NCBI GenBank assembly: GCA_963786935.1
Contig: CAWBAN010000002.1
Span: 449,849 to 513,848 of the forward strand
Direction of reading: 5' to 3'
DNA: 64,000 nt
Source: an uncultured bacterium
GTDB lineage: Bacteria > Krumholzibacteriota > Krumholzibacteriia > Krumholzibacteriales > Krumholzibacteriaceae
A program made the position numbers and the translations under genes. Under the pieces are notes generated by a model that worked only from the letters and a program-made list of their open reading frames with translations, searched no databases and was not told the origin of the DNA. Below are positions 1 to 9,997 of this stretch, piece by piece; position 1 is the first letter of the stretch; every line of letters starts with the position of its first letter.

Positions 1-1038
1 GCCGGGGCTCATGGTGATGTTGCGCGTCTCGCGATCCTTGTCCGACGGCACGAGGAACACGTCGCCGCGGGCCTCGAAGACGGCCGTCTTCCCGTCGTTC
101 GAGACTGACATCGAGTGGATGTACTCCTTCGGGTTGATCGTGCGATCCGCGATCGTCCAGGCGTCCGTCGGAACCTGCACCTTCACGGGGCGCGGCGCGT
201 TGTCGGCCGGATCGAGGACGTACAGGTATCCCGAATGGAGGTACACGATGCGCTTCCCGTCGGTGGACGGCATCTGCACGTCGAAGTCGCCGTAGCGGGT
301 GATCTGTTCGACCTTCTTCGAGGCGAAGTCGTAGCGATAGAGATTTGCGATGCCGTTCTCGCCGCGGTCAGATACGAAATACATCCCGCCGCCGATCCAC
401 ATCGGGTAGCTGTTCTTGCCCACGTAGTCGGTCAGCTTGTCGAAGGTCTTCGCGCCGAAATCGTAGAGCCAGATTTCCGGATACTGGCCCCCCTTGTAGC
501 GCTTCCAGTAGTACTCCTCGCGCCCCCGGCTGTTATAGACCATTTTCTTGCCGTCGGGGGAGAAGGTGCAGAGCGTGCCGCGGGGGATGGGGAGCCGCTC
601 CGGCATCGATCCGTCGAGGGAGACCGAGTACAGCTTGGTAATCGGGCGGAAGGTGTTTTCGAAGGATGAGCGGAAGACGACGCGCATGCCGTCCGGGGTC
701 CAGGACACGGCCTGCGCGGACGGGCCGTAGGTCAGGCGTTTCGGCGCCCCGCCGTCGATGGGCATGAGGTACACGTTGGGCCCTTTGTCGTAGCTTCCGG
801 AAAACGCGATCCAGCCGCCGTCGGGCGAGATCTTCGCCGCGAACTCGCTGCCGGGGTGCACGGTGAGCCGCACTGCCGTGCCGCCGCCGGCGCTCACCGA
901 CCAGAGGTCGTCCTCGTACGTGAAGACTATTTTCTCTCCGCGGATGTCCGGATACTGCATGAAGCGGCCGTCGGCGGCCGCGAAGGCCGGGCTTGCGAAG
1001 AAGAGACCGATGCAGAGGGCGGCGAGGGCGTTTTTCAT
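1..1038 (-). CDS. Tricorn-type protease (S41 family), N-terminal beta-propeller part; runs off the window start
   Basis: Not in the ORF track. Manual minus-strand translation from ATG 1038 (AGGAGA SD upstream): signal peptide MKNALAALCIGLFFASPAFA, then FMQYPDIRGEKIVFTYEDDLW, ISPDGGWIAFSGSY, WKRYKGG, VFEARGDVF, typical of the tricorn N-terminus. Open to position 1. Confidence 0.9.
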   Translation of the reverse strand, partial: MKNALAALCIGLFFASPAFAAADGRFMQYPDIRGEKIVFTYEDDLWSVSAGGGTAVRLTVHPGSEFAAKISPDGGWIAFSGSYDKGPNVYLMPIDGGAPKRLTYGPSAQAVSWTPDGMRVVFRSSFENTFRPITKLYSVSLDGSMPERLPIPRGTLCTFSPDGKKMVYNSRGREEYYWKRYKGGQYPEIWLYDFGAKTFDKLTDYVGKNSYPMWIGGGMYFVSDRGENGIANLYRYDFASKKVEQITRYGDFDVQMPSTDGKRIVYLHSGYLYVLDPADNAPRPVKVQVPTDAWTIADRTINPKEYIHSMSVSNDGKTAVFEARGDVFLVPSDKDRETRNITMSPG

Positions 1039-1246
1039 GACGTTTTCTCCTTATGCGCTTGGTCGTGAGGCGACATTGTACACCATCTCAACGCGCTGAA
1101 CAAGTCGAACAATGCCGGCACCCGCACCGGCATGCAACTCCGCGTTCTCCTCGCTCGTATTCTACATGGAGCCGGTTTTCGAAGACGGGTTTTTCCCGCG
1201 GCTCATCGTCGGCCAAACGGGAGAGACCTGTGGGAGGAGGACTGCG

Positions 1247-2497
1247 GTGGGAAGGATAAGCGTTCGTATCACGGCATTTTCAATCATGTGGCTCGCGATC
1301 GCCGCGCTTTGCGAGTCCACGGCAGATGGATCGCCGGCGTCCGCCGCCTCGCCGAATGTCCGGTTCCATGCGGGGACCAGCGCCCGCGACATCCCGTTCG
1401 CCTATGAGCAGATGCATATCATCGTGAACGTCAAGGTAGGCGACGCCATGGAAATCCCGATGCTGCTCGATACGGGATTCGGGTTCGAGGGGGCGATTCT
1501 CTTGGATCCGGCGCTCGGCGAGAAATTGGGGTTGAAGTACGTGAGCGAGGTGCCGCTCGGAGGGGGGGGAAAGGAACGGCCGATGACGGCACGGGTCGCT
1601 CTCGGCGCCGATCTCTCGCTCCCGGGCATCACGTTCTCGGGGCAGCAGCTGCTCGTCGTCACCGACGCGGCGCCGTATGCGAACTATCCCGCACGCGGCA
1701 TCATCGGGAAGACGCTTTTCGATAGCGTCATGGAAATCGACTACGATGCCTGCGTCCTGCATCTGTACGACGGCGCGTCATACACGTACGGCGGTTCGGG
1801 AGAGGAGTTCGATTTCGAGTTCAGCCAGGGCATCCCCGTGATCGATGCGGCGGTCTCCATCGATGGCGGCGCGAACCTCCCCGTCCGGATGCTGGTCGAT
1901 ACCGGCGCGGCACAACTGCTCCTTTTCACCTTCTCCCGCCGGGACCTCGGCGAGCCTCCGGGAGTCATCGAGGGGACGGACAGGATTCTCGCGAAGGGTT
2001 TTGCAGGCACCGTTCGCGGCACGACCGGGCGGATCAAGCAGCTTCGCCTGGGGAGATATGCCCTGGATGGCGTCATCACGTCGTTTCCCGACGAGGAATC
2101 GTGGGGAAGCGCGGGCATTCTCGGGCAGAACGGCATGATCGGCAATGACGTGCTCAAGAGGTTCCGCGTCGTGTTCGACTATCCGCGCCGGCGCTTGTAT
2201 CTCGAGCCGGGCCGGCGTTTCGCGGATCCATTCGACTGGGACATGGCGGGGATGATCACCGAGAAGACGCCCGCGGGCGCGTTGCAGGTGATCGATGTAG
2301 TCCTCGGTTCGCCTGCAATAGAATGCGATATCCGCCCGGGAGACGCGATTGTCGCCGTAGACGGTCGAGCGGTCGCCCGTCTGACATACGAAGAGGTTTG
2401 GCATCGGCTCGTGCAGGATGGAGCGAGCGTGCATCTCACGGTCGACCGACGCGGCGTAACGCTCGAAAAGACAATCGTTTTGCGGCGAATGGTCTGA
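1247..2497 (+). CDS. Secreted aspartyl protease with two retropepsin-like domains and a C-terminal PDZ domain
   Basis: Two D-T-G motifs (LLDTG, LVDTGA), GIIG and GMIG motifs, PDZ-like tail (SPA..DIRPGDAIVAVDG). GTG start chosen after GGAGGAGG; the ORF track starts at 1112. Confidence 0.85.
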   Translation: MGRISVRITAFSIMWLAIAALCESTADGSPASAASPNVRFHAGTSARDIPFAYEQMHIIVNVKVGDAMEIPMLLDTGFGFEGAILLDPALGEKLGLKYVSEVPLGGGGKERPMTARVALGADLSLPGITFSGQQLLVVTDAAPYANYPARGIIGKTLFDSVMEIDYDACVLHLYDGASYTYGGSGEEFDFEFSQGIPVIDAAVSIDGGANLPVRMLVDTGAAQLLLFTFSRRDLGEPPGVIEGTDRILAKGFAGTVRGTTGRIKQLRLGRYALDGVITSFPDEESWGSAGILGQNGMIGNDVLKRFRVVFDYPRRRLYLEPGRRFADPFDWDMAGMITEKTPAGALQVIDVVLGSPAIECDIRPGDAIVAVDGRAVARLTYEEVWHRLVQDGASVHLTVDRRGVTLEKTIVLRRMV

Positions 2498-2678
2498 TGC
2501 GGCGCAGAGGAAAGCTGATGCCTCCCGCCGCGCTCTGGAAAGAGGGCTGGCGGCGTAAAAATTCTACTTTTTCTTAACGATTCCGCTGGAAGCCGCCCGG
2601 CTCGGATAGTATAATTCCTCTGTTTACCTGCCGTCCGGCGGCAGCACCCTGGAAACTCAATATAACGGGAGGGAACGT

Positions 2679-3851
2679 ATGGCTTACGAAGCGCTCGATT
2701 TTCTGCATTTCGATGACGTCCTCAGCGAAGAGGAAATCATCATCCGGGACACGGTGCGCAAATTCATCGACAAGGAAGTGATACCCATCATCGGGGAGCA
2801 CTGGGAGGCGGCGACCTTCCCCATGGATCTCATCCCGAAGATGGCGGAGCTCGGCGTTCTCGGCCCCTTCGTGCCGACGAAGTACGGCGGCGCCGGGTGC
2901 TCGTATACGATGTACGGGCTGATCTGCCAGGAGCTCGAGCGCGGGGATTCGGGCGTGCGGAGCTTCGGCTCGGTGCAGGGGAGTCTCGTCATGTACCCGA
3001 TTCTGCATTTCGGCTCCGAAGAGCAGAAGATGGAATACCTGCCGAAGCTCGCCGCGGGAAAGATCATCGGCTGCTTCGGGCTCACCGAGCCGGATGCGGG
3101 ATCGGACCCGGGCTCCATGCTCACGAAGGCCCGCAAGGACGGGAACCACTGGATTCTGAACGGCACCAAGATGTGGATCACGAACGGCACCATGGCCGAC
3201 ATCGCGGTTGTCTGGGCGAAGGATGAGGCGGGGAAGATCCGCGGGTTCATCGTGCACAAGGACGACAAGGGATACTCCGCGCCGGAGCAGAAGCACAAGG
3301 TTTCGCTCCGCGCCTCGGTGACCTCCGAGCTCGTTCTCGAGGACGTCCGCATCCCGGCCAGCAGAGAGCTTCCCAACACGAGCGGTCTCAAGAGCCCGCT
3401 CATGTGCCTCACCTCGGCCCGCTTCGGGATCGGGTGGGGAGCCGTGGGTGTCATGCAGAGCGTGCTCGACGAGGCGATCAAGTACACCAAGGAACGAATC
3501 ATGTTCGGCAAGCCGATCGCGTCGTTCCAGCTCACGCAGCAGAAGCTCGCCGAGATCGCGACCGATCTCACGAGCGCGCAGTGGATGGCGTACCGCGTGG
3601 GCCGTCTCGCCGACGAGGACAAGATGAAGTTCTACCACGTGTCGATGATCAAGCGGCACAACGTGAACGCGGCCCTCGTCGCGGCGCGCAAGGTGCGCAG
3701 CATGCTCGGCGCGAACGGGATCACCCTCGAGTATCAGTCGATCCGGCACATGTGCAACATGGAGTCGGTCCAGACCTACGAGGGGACATTCGAGATCCAT
3801 ACCTTGATTCTCGGAGAGCAGCTGACGGGAATAGCGGCGTACAAAGGCTGA
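2679..3851 (+). CDS. gcdH: Acyl-CoA dehydrogenase, glutaryl-CoA dehydrogenase-like
   Basis: ELERGDSG..SVQGSLVMYPI, GCFGLTEPDAGSDP, KMWITNG and TYEGT motifs; GGAGG SD. Confidence 0.8.
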   Translation: MAYEALDFLHFDDVLSEEEIIIRDTVRKFIDKEVIPIIGEHWEAATFPMDLIPKMAELGVLGPFVPTKYGGAGCSYTMYGLICQELERGDSGVRSFGSVQGSLVMYPILHFGSEEQKMEYLPKLAAGKIIGCFGLTEPDAGSDPGSMLTKARKDGNHWILNGTKMWITNGTMADIAVVWAKDEAGKIRGFIVHKDDKGYSAPEQKHKVSLRASVTSELVLEDVRIPASRELPNTSGLKSPLMCLTSARFGIGWGAVGVMQSVLDEAIKYTKERIMFGKPIASFQLTQQKLAEIATDLTSAQWMAYRVGRLADEDKMKFYHVSMIKRHNVNAALVAARKVRSMLGANGITLEYQSIRHMCNMESVQTYEGTFEIHTLILGEQLTGIAAYKG

Positions 3852-3882
3852 GCGCCCGATAGCGATCGAGACCTGAAAATGG

Positions 3883-3929
3883 AAGCCCGGTTGTCGAGCC
3901 CGACGAGGGCGCGGCGGCCGGGCTTTTTT
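3883..3929 (+). terminator. Rho-independent terminator
   Basis: AAGCCCGGTTGTCG...CGGCGGCCGGGCTT stem followed by a T run, between convergent genes. Confidence 0.75.
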
Positions 3930-3946
3930 AGCTCACGGAGCCGCGC

Positions 3947-5104
3947 TTACGGCCGCATCCAGGCGCTGCCCACCTGGATATAGAACGCCGTGTCATCCGG
4001 GCTGACGGCCACATCGATGCCGGCGTGAATCCCGTATTCGCGCGCCAGCTCGTATCGGAATCCCGCGCCGCCGGTGGGCACGGACTGGGTGCTGTTGAAG
4101 CGCTCGAAATCGACCCATGCCGCGCCGTATCCCCCGAAGCCTAGCAGGCTCAGACGCTTCCAGAACTGCCAGCGCAGCTCCGCTTCGACCTGCGCGACCT
4201 GCTCGCCCTGGTAGCGCATCATCGCAGCTCCGCGCAGGCTGACGAACGGCAGCATGTAGAAGGGGGAGCTGCCGAAACTCGCCGTGCCGTCGGCGCGCAG
4301 CCCGAGGAATAGGCTCCGGTGCAGGCGTATGTATTCCAGAACGACGAGCTGCATGGTCTGAAAGCCGGTATCGCCGCCGAGCAGCTCGCTGTAGAATCCC
4401 CCCGTGAGCTCGACGTACGTGCCCCGGACCGGGGTGAAGATGTTGTCCCTCGAATCGAAGACCACGGTCGGCGTGATGCCGCCCACGTCCGAATCGTGTT
4501 CGAAGTCCGGGAGCTCCGGCGTCCCCGCCGGAGCATCGAAAGAGACTCGCGTCCTCCAGAAGGAGTAGCCGAGCCCCGCCCAGAGCCGTGTCTTGCCGAG
4601 CCGCGTTTTTCCGCGCGCCAGCCCGCCCTTCGGCTCCATGTTGTACCGGAGCGGCTGGTCGTGCAGCACCGGGTTATCGCCGACCCCGTAGAAGTCGAGA
4701 TTCACCGAGAAGTACACGAGGCCGGCCGTCGACTGCAGCTGGTCGTCGAGCCAGTAGCGCGAATCGGCCACGAACGCGCCCCACGAGTCGTTCTCGGTCC
4801 AGAGCCCGCCCACCATCGTGATGTTGGGCCGGTTGTATCCGTCCTCGCCTCCGACGAACGGTTTGTCCAGGAACGCCAGCCCCAGGCCGAGCCCGTATCC
4901 CGTCGCGGGCTCCGTGATCGGAACGAGAAAGGGAAGGAATCCGTATCGTTCGTTCAGAAAGCCGCTCGCGTCGAACCACCCGTCCTCCGCCGAGAAGAAC
5001 TTCGATGGCGCGCGCTTCTCGCCGGAAGCCGTTTGCGCCTGAAGGGACGAGCCGCAGAAGAGAAGGGCCATGAGGATCGCGACAATATGAACGGAGCGCA
5101 TCAT
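3947..5104 (-). CDS. BamA/TamA-like (Omp85 barrel-only) outer membrane protein
   Basis: Signal peptide, FDSRDNIFTPVRG motif, LRG..RYQG, C-terminal FYIQVGSAW. Confidence 0.75.
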   Translation of the reverse strand: MMRSVHIVAILMALLFCGSSLQAQTASGEKRAPSKFFSAEDGWFDASGFLNERYGFLPFLVPITEPATGYGLGLGLAFLDKPFVGGEDGYNRPNITMVGGLWTENDSWGAFVADSRYWLDDQLQSTAGLVYFSVNLDFYGVGDNPVLHDQPLRYNMEPKGGLARGKTRLGKTRLWAGLGYSFWRTRVSFDAPAGTPELPDFEHDSDVGGITPTVVFDSRDNIFTPVRGTYVELTGGFYSELLGGDTGFQTMQLVVLEYIRLHRSLFLGLRADGTASFGSSPFYMLPFVSLRGAAMMRYQGEQVAQVEAELRWQFWKRLSLLGFGGYGAAWVDFERFNSTQSVPTGGAGFRYELAREYGIHAGIDVAVSPDDTAFYIQVGSAWMRP

Positions 5105-5350
5105 TTCATCCTCCGATTCTCAGAGTGAGACACCGCGCCTTCTTTGTCCCCCCGAAGGATCGGCAAGGGACACTGCGGCGAATCATAGCATGCGGACGAT
5201 GGAGAATCAACGGGCTGCGGGCGCGGACCTGAAAAATATGTATTTGTTCCTCTCCGCGACGCCGTGATACAGTCCGGAAACAAAATCAACTTGGAGTCGC
5301 CACGCGGCGGCCCCGAATCCGCTCTCGGCCCGGTAACAAGGAGGACATGG

Positions 5351-6007
5351 ATGGACAAGCGCGTCGCCGCGGTATTCTTCCTCGCCGTCCTGATTGCCGT
5401 TCTCGGCGTTTCGCCCGCCCTCGCGCAGGAAGAATCTCCCCTGCGCTTCGGCGTGAAGCTCGGGCTGAACATCTCCGAATTCAGGGGAAGCGACATCGCG
5501 GGATTGGGCGAGCTGCTCGACTGGAAGGCCGGCTTTTGCGGCGGCGTTTTCATGTCATATGACGTCAACGAGTGGTTCACCCTTCAGCCCGAAATCCTGT
5601 ACTCGATGAAGGGAATGAAGCTGGGATTCATGGACGAATCGGCCACCGTCAGCCTCGACTATATCGATATTCCGATCCTTGCCACGGTGAAGATCCCGGT
5701 GGAGGGCACTCTCAGGCCGTTCATCTACGCCGGCCCCGTCTTCGGCATCAACGTGAGATCCGAGGCGAGCTCGACTCTCTCTGAAGATGAAGACTCCGAG
5801 CTGGACCTGAGCGATTATACGAACGGATTCGAGTTCTCTCTCGCCCTCGGATTGGGGCTCAACATCGGCATCGCCGGCCGGGAGATGATCCTCGATTTCC
5901 GGTATGAGCCGGGGTTGACCAACGTCTACGATACGCCGAGCGACGTCGATCAGACCGTTGAATGGAAGAATGATGCGATCGCGATCCTGTTCGGGTTCCG
6001 CATCTGA
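5351..6007 (+). CDS. Porin-family / PorT-like outer membrane beta-barrel
   Basis: Signal peptide, FGVKLGLNIS, LQPEILYSMKG, LDYIDIP, terminal FGFRI. ATG 5351 follows AGGAGG. Confidence 0.8.
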   Translation: MDKRVAAVFFLAVLIAVLGVSPALAQEESPLRFGVKLGLNISEFRGSDIAGLGELLDWKAGFCGGVFMSYDVNEWFTLQPEILYSMKGMKLGFMDESATVSLDYIDIPILATVKIPVEGTLRPFIYAGPVFGINVRSEASSTLSEDEDSELDLSDYTNGFEFSLALGLGLNIGIAGREMILDFRYEPGLTNVYDTPSDVDQTVEWKNDAIAILFGFRI

Positions 6008-6025
6008 GGGGACTTAACTCATTAT

Positions 6026-6041
6026 TTGGCATAGATCTTGC
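6026..6041 (+). promoter_or_regulatory. Sigma54 (-24/-12) promoter
   Basis: TTGGCAT-AGATC-TTGC matches TGGCAC-N5-TTGC with exact spacing, in an intergenic region about 125 bp upstream of the PhzF-like gene. Confidence 0.7.
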
Positions 6042-6166
6042 GGTTGTGAGGCACAAGGCTGAACCCCAGGGTATTGCTGCGCCGTGCAGTGCATAACTGA
6101 TTTAATGTCAATCTACTATGGCGGCGGTGAGGCCCGGGGCCCCGATCAACCCGAAAGGATCCGGCC

Positions 6167-7153
6167 ATGTCGAAGATCACGGTCAAGAAAATCGATGTAT
6201 TCACGACGAAACCGTTCTCGGGCAATCCGGCGGGCGTGATCGCGGATGCCGATGCCCTCGACACAGCCGATATGAAGCGCATCGCCGCGGAGCTCAATCT
6301 CGCCGAATGCTGCTACATACAGAGGCCGGATTCGGCGGACGGCGCCTTCAAGGTGCGGTTCTTCACGCAGAGCGTGGAGCTCGGCCTGAGCAGCCACGCC
6401 CTCATCGCCGCATGCGTCGTCGCCCTCGAGGAGGGGCGCGTGACGCTGCAAAACGGGCTCACCGAGATTCGTTGCGACACGAAGATCGGCAGCGTGCCGC
6501 TCGATATCCACTTCGATATGGGCGTCGAGAGGACGGGATCGAAGGACGAGGTTTATCTGTCCTGCCGAAACGGCCAGAGCGGCGTTCTCCGGCGCGTCAT
6601 GATCCATCAGCTACGCGACAAAGTGAGGAACACCGATATTCCGATCCCCGAGCTCGCCCGCATTCTCGGGATCGACGAGCACGAGATACGGGGAACGGGC
6701 CTTCCGCTCGAGGTGCTCAACCACGGGATGGAGCAGCTCGTTATCCCGATCATGCATCAGGACACGGTGCTCGACATGCAGCCCGATCTCATCAAGCTCA
6801 ATCTGCTCAACAAGCGATACAACATCCAGACGAACGATCTCTTCACGCTCGAGGCTTTGAATCCCGACGCCGCCCTCTACTCGCGGACCTTTTCCCCGGC
6901 GATCGGCCTCTGGGAGGACGTCGGCTCGGGGAGCGGCGTGGGATCGATCGCCGCCTACCTCGCGCGCCACGGCGTGCTCCATCCCGGCTCGATCATCGCC
7001 GAGCAGGGGAGCGATCGCGACAACCTCGTCAGAATATTCGTCGACATCGCCGAGAACGACGGATCGACGATCCCGCTGCGCATCGGGGGCCTGGCCGTCA
7101 CCTCCATCGAGCAGGAAATCTCGCTCGAGGGGGAGACGGTGACCATCGAATGA
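6167..7153 (+). CDS. PhzF-family isomerase/epimerase-like protein
   Basis: IDVFTTKPFSGNPAGV, ELNLAE, VRFFT..EL, SRTFSPAIGLWED.GSG, EQG motifs. Confidence 0.85.
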   Translation: MSKITVKKIDVFTTKPFSGNPAGVIADADALDTADMKRIAAELNLAECCYIQRPDSADGAFKVRFFTQSVELGLSSHALIAACVVALEEGRVTLQNGLTEIRCDTKIGSVPLDIHFDMGVERTGSKDEVYLSCRNGQSGVLRRVMIHQLRDKVRNTDIPIPELARILGIDEHEIRGTGLPLEVLNHGMEQLVIPIMHQDTVLDMQPDLIKLNLLNKRYNIQTNDLFTLEALNPDAALYSRTFSPAIGLWEDVGSGSGVGSIAAYLARHGVLHPGSIIAEQGSDRDNLVRIFVDIAENDGSTIPLRIGGLAVTSIEQEISLEGETVTIE

Positions 7154-7247
7154 TCGGGAGCGCCCGCCGCCTCATCATGAAATCGCTATTTACGAACGAC
7201 AAAAGAAGTGCTACAACGAGTGCGTCCAATCTATAGGGGGTGGCACC

Positions 7248-8039
7248 ATGGAGATTATCATAACGCCCGATTACGAGTCCATGAGCAGGACGTCGGCCGA
7301 AATCATCGCGAAGGAGATCAGGCGGAAGCACGACCTCGTCCTCGGGCTCGCGACGGGGGATACGCCCATCGGCACGTACCGGGAACTCGCGAATCTGCAC
7401 AAAACGGAGGGGCTCGATTTCTCGAAGCTCACGACCTTCAATCTCGACGAGTATCTCGATCTCGCGCCGCTCCACAAGAACAGCTACAACTACTTCATGT
7501 GGGAGAATCTCTTCAAGCACGTCAACATCAGCCCGCACAAGGTGTTCGTCCCGCAGGGCAACACGGACGATCCGGAAGTGTTCGGCGAATGGTACGAGAA
7601 CCAGATAAAGATTGCCGGCGGCATCGATCTGCAGGTGCTCGGCATCGGGCGCGACGGGCATATCGGGTTCAACGAGCCCGGCTCTTCCTTCGCGAGCCGG
7701 ACGAGGGTGAAGGGGCTGTACGAGCAGACGATCAAGGACAACGCCCGCTTCTTCGACAAGGAGGAGGACGTGCCGCGCTTCGCGATCACGATGGGAGTCG
7801 GCACGATCATGGAAGCGAAGAAGATCCTCCTCATCGCGAGCGGCGAAGGCAAGGCCGACGTGTGCCGCGACTTCATCGAGGGCCCCGTGACGAGCCAGAT
7901 CACGGCCACGGCGCTCCAGCTCCACAGCTATGCGATCGTCATTCTCGACGCGGACGCGGCCTCGAAGCTGAAGCGGAAGGAGTACTACAACTGGATCCGC
8001 GACAACAAGCACGTCGTGCGGAAGAAGATAGGACGCTGA
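7248..8039 (+). CDS. nagB: Glucosamine-6-phosphate deaminase
   Basis: LGLATGDTP, FNLDEY, GGIDLQVLGIGRDGHIGFNEPGS, AITMGVGTI motifs. Confidence 0.95.
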   Translation: MEIIITPDYESMSRTSAEIIAKEIRRKHDLVLGLATGDTPIGTYRELANLHKTEGLDFSKLTTFNLDEYLDLAPLHKNSYNYFMWENLFKHVNISPHKVFVPQGNTDDPEVFGEWYENQIKIAGGIDLQVLGIGRDGHIGFNEPGSSFASRTRVKGLYEQTIKDNARFFDKEEDVPRFAITMGVGTIMEAKKILLIASGEGKADVCRDFIEGPVTSQITATALQLHSYAIVILDADAASKLKRKEYYNWIRDNKHVVRKKIGR

Positions 8040-8044
8040 CGGTC

Positions 8045-9967
8045 ATGCATGAGTATCTGGAATCTCTCGTTGGCGATCTGCTCGCAACGTCGAGCTTTCT
8101 CGCTTCGATGCGCGAGCTCAAGGGGGCGCGGGGGAAGAGCCGTCTGTTCTGCGACCGGGTTCGAGCTCTGACGGAGCGGGAGATCGACATCCTGAAATCC
8201 CGCGGCAATCGCTCTCCCGACTGGGGGAGAATTCTCGTGGCCGAGGGCTTCACACCGGCCTTCATCGCGGGGAGCGCCTTTCACGGCGACTGCGTGCTCG
8301 GCGTGTTCGGCGGCGAGCCGGCGCCGGTCGAGGCGTCGGCGTCCCTCCCGAACGGAATCTACAACAGCACGATCATGAGCTCCGAGATTGGAAGCGGCTG
8401 CTTCGTTTCGGACGCCGCTCTCGTTTCGAACTACATTCTCCGGGAGCGCTGCGTCGTTTTCGACGTGGGGGCCTTGATCGCGTCGCAGAAATGCGTGTTC
8501 GGCCACGGCAGGGAGATCGCGATCGGCATCGAGACGGGCGGACGGGAAGTGCTCTCCTACGCCGAGATCACGATTCCCGTCGCGACGGCCGTCGCCACGC
8601 GGCGGGGAGACAAGGAGTTTCTCGCGGCGTACCGCGAGTTCGTGAATGCGTACATCGACGCCTGCGGCGCGCCATTCGGCGTGATCGAGCGGGGGGGCGT
8701 CGTCCGCCACATGCCGCGGGTGGAGGATACGTATGTAGGGGAGGGGGCCGCGATCGACGGCGCGACGCTCGTGCAGAACTGCGTGCTCCTCAGCACGCCC
8801 GAAGAGCGGACCGGAATCAGCCACGGCGCATACGCACGCAGCTCGTGCCTCCAGTTCGGCTGCGACGTCACCTCGATGGCGATCGTGGACGACTCGGTGC
8901 TCACCGAGCACTCGCACGTGGAGCGGCACGGCAAGGTGACGCAGAGCATCGTCGGCCCCAACACCGGCATCGCCGAGGGAGAGGTGACCGCTTCGCTCGT
9001 CGGGCCGTTCGTCGGCTTCCATCACCAGTCGATGCTCATCGCGGCGATCTGGCCCGAAGGCAAGGGAAACGTGGCGTACGGCGCCAACATCGGCTCCAAC
9101 CACACGTCGAAGGCCCCGGATCAGGAGATCTGGTGCGGCGAGGGATTTTTCTTCGGCCTCGGGGCGAACGTCAAGTTCCCGTCCGATTTCACCGGGGCTC
9201 CGTACGGTCTCATCGCGACCGCCGTCGATACGCTGCCGCAGAAGGTCGATTTCCCGTTCGCCCTCATCAACAAGCCCTCGCGCGCCTTCGACGGCGTGCC
9301 GCCCGCGTACAACGAGATCTTCCCCGCCTGGGTCCTCTCCGAGAATCTCTACGCGGTGCTCAGGAACGAAGGGAAATACAAGAAGCGGAACAAGGCGAGA
9401 CGGACGCAGTTCGCGTTCGACGTGTTCCGCAGGGATATCGTCGAGATGATGATCGCCGCGCGGGACCGGCTCAAGAAGGTGCGGGAGCTGCACGACGTCT
9501 ATCTGGACGAAGACATCCCGGGCCTCGGCAAGAACGTCCTGACCGAGGAGAGCCGCCTGCGGGGGATAGAGGTTTATAATTTCTTCATCGAGTACTTCGC
9601 GTTGCAGGGGCTCGCCGCGCGCGTCGCGAAGCTGGTCGCGAGCGGGGATCGCGCGCGTGTCGCATCAGTGTATGAAGATGCGACGGGTGACGCCGACTGG
9701 GAGTATCGGCGCGGCCTCATCCGTTCGCAGGGATACGGCGCTCGGACGGTCGCCGAGAATCTCAGGCGATTGATCAATATCCACGAGCAGATCGCCGCCG
9801 GCACGGAGCGCTCGAAGGAGCGCGACGACGTCCGCGGCAAGAAGATCATCCGCGATTACGCCGAGGCCAACACGCAGGCCCCCGACGACAGCTTCGTCAA
9901 GGAGACCTGGGAGCGGGCGCGAAACGTGAGAGCCGAGATGGACGCCCTCATCCGCAAACTGGCGTAG
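8045..9967 (+). CDS. DUF4954-like protein with probable beta-helix repeats
   Basis: RALTEREIDILK..GN...W N-terminus, GPFVGFHHQSMLIA, GNVAYGANIGSNH, FFGLG. Start 5 bp after the nagB stop; the ORF-track extension to 7208 overlaps nagB and is rejected. Confidence 0.75.
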   Translation: MHEYLESLVGDLLATSSFLASMRELKGARGKSRLFCDRVRALTEREIDILKSRGNRSPDWGRILVAEGFTPAFIAGSAFHGDCVLGVFGGEPAPVEASASLPNGIYNSTIMSSEIGSGCFVSDAALVSNYILRERCVVFDVGALIASQKCVFGHGREIAIGIETGGREVLSYAEITIPVATAVATRRGDKEFLAAYREFVNAYIDACGAPFGVIERGGVVRHMPRVEDTYVGEGAAIDGATLVQNCVLLSTPEERTGISHGAYARSSCLQFGCDVTSMAIVDDSVLTEHSHVERHGKVTQSIVGPNTGIAEGEVTASLVGPFVGFHHQSMLIAAIWPEGKGNVAYGANIGSNHTSKAPDQEIWCGEGFFFGLGANVKFPSDFTGAPYGLIATAVDTLPQKVDFPFALINKPSRAFDGVPPAYNEIFPAWVLSENLYAVLRNEGKYKKRNKARRTQFAFDVFRRDIVEMMIAARDRLKKVRELHDVYLDEDIPGLGKNVLTEESRLRGIEVYNFFIEYFALQGLAARVAKLVASGDRARVASVYEDATGDADWEYRRGLIRSQGYGARTVAENLRRLINIHEQIAAGTERSKERDDVRGKKIIRDYAEANTQAPDDSFVKETWERARNVRAEMDALIRKLA

Positions 9968-9997
9968 TCGATAAGGGGATGAGGATGGCCGCCGTCA

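Noticed and set aside
6042..6166. Possible riboswitch or glmS ribozyme upstream of the PhzF-like gene and nagB
   Set aside because: Only short hairpins; I could not identify the conserved core of any known RNA family. An Rfam/Infernal scan would settle it.
7208..8044. Apparent 919-aa ORF overlapping nagB
   Set aside because: The N-terminal part is an off-frame read of nagB; the credible protein starts at 8045.
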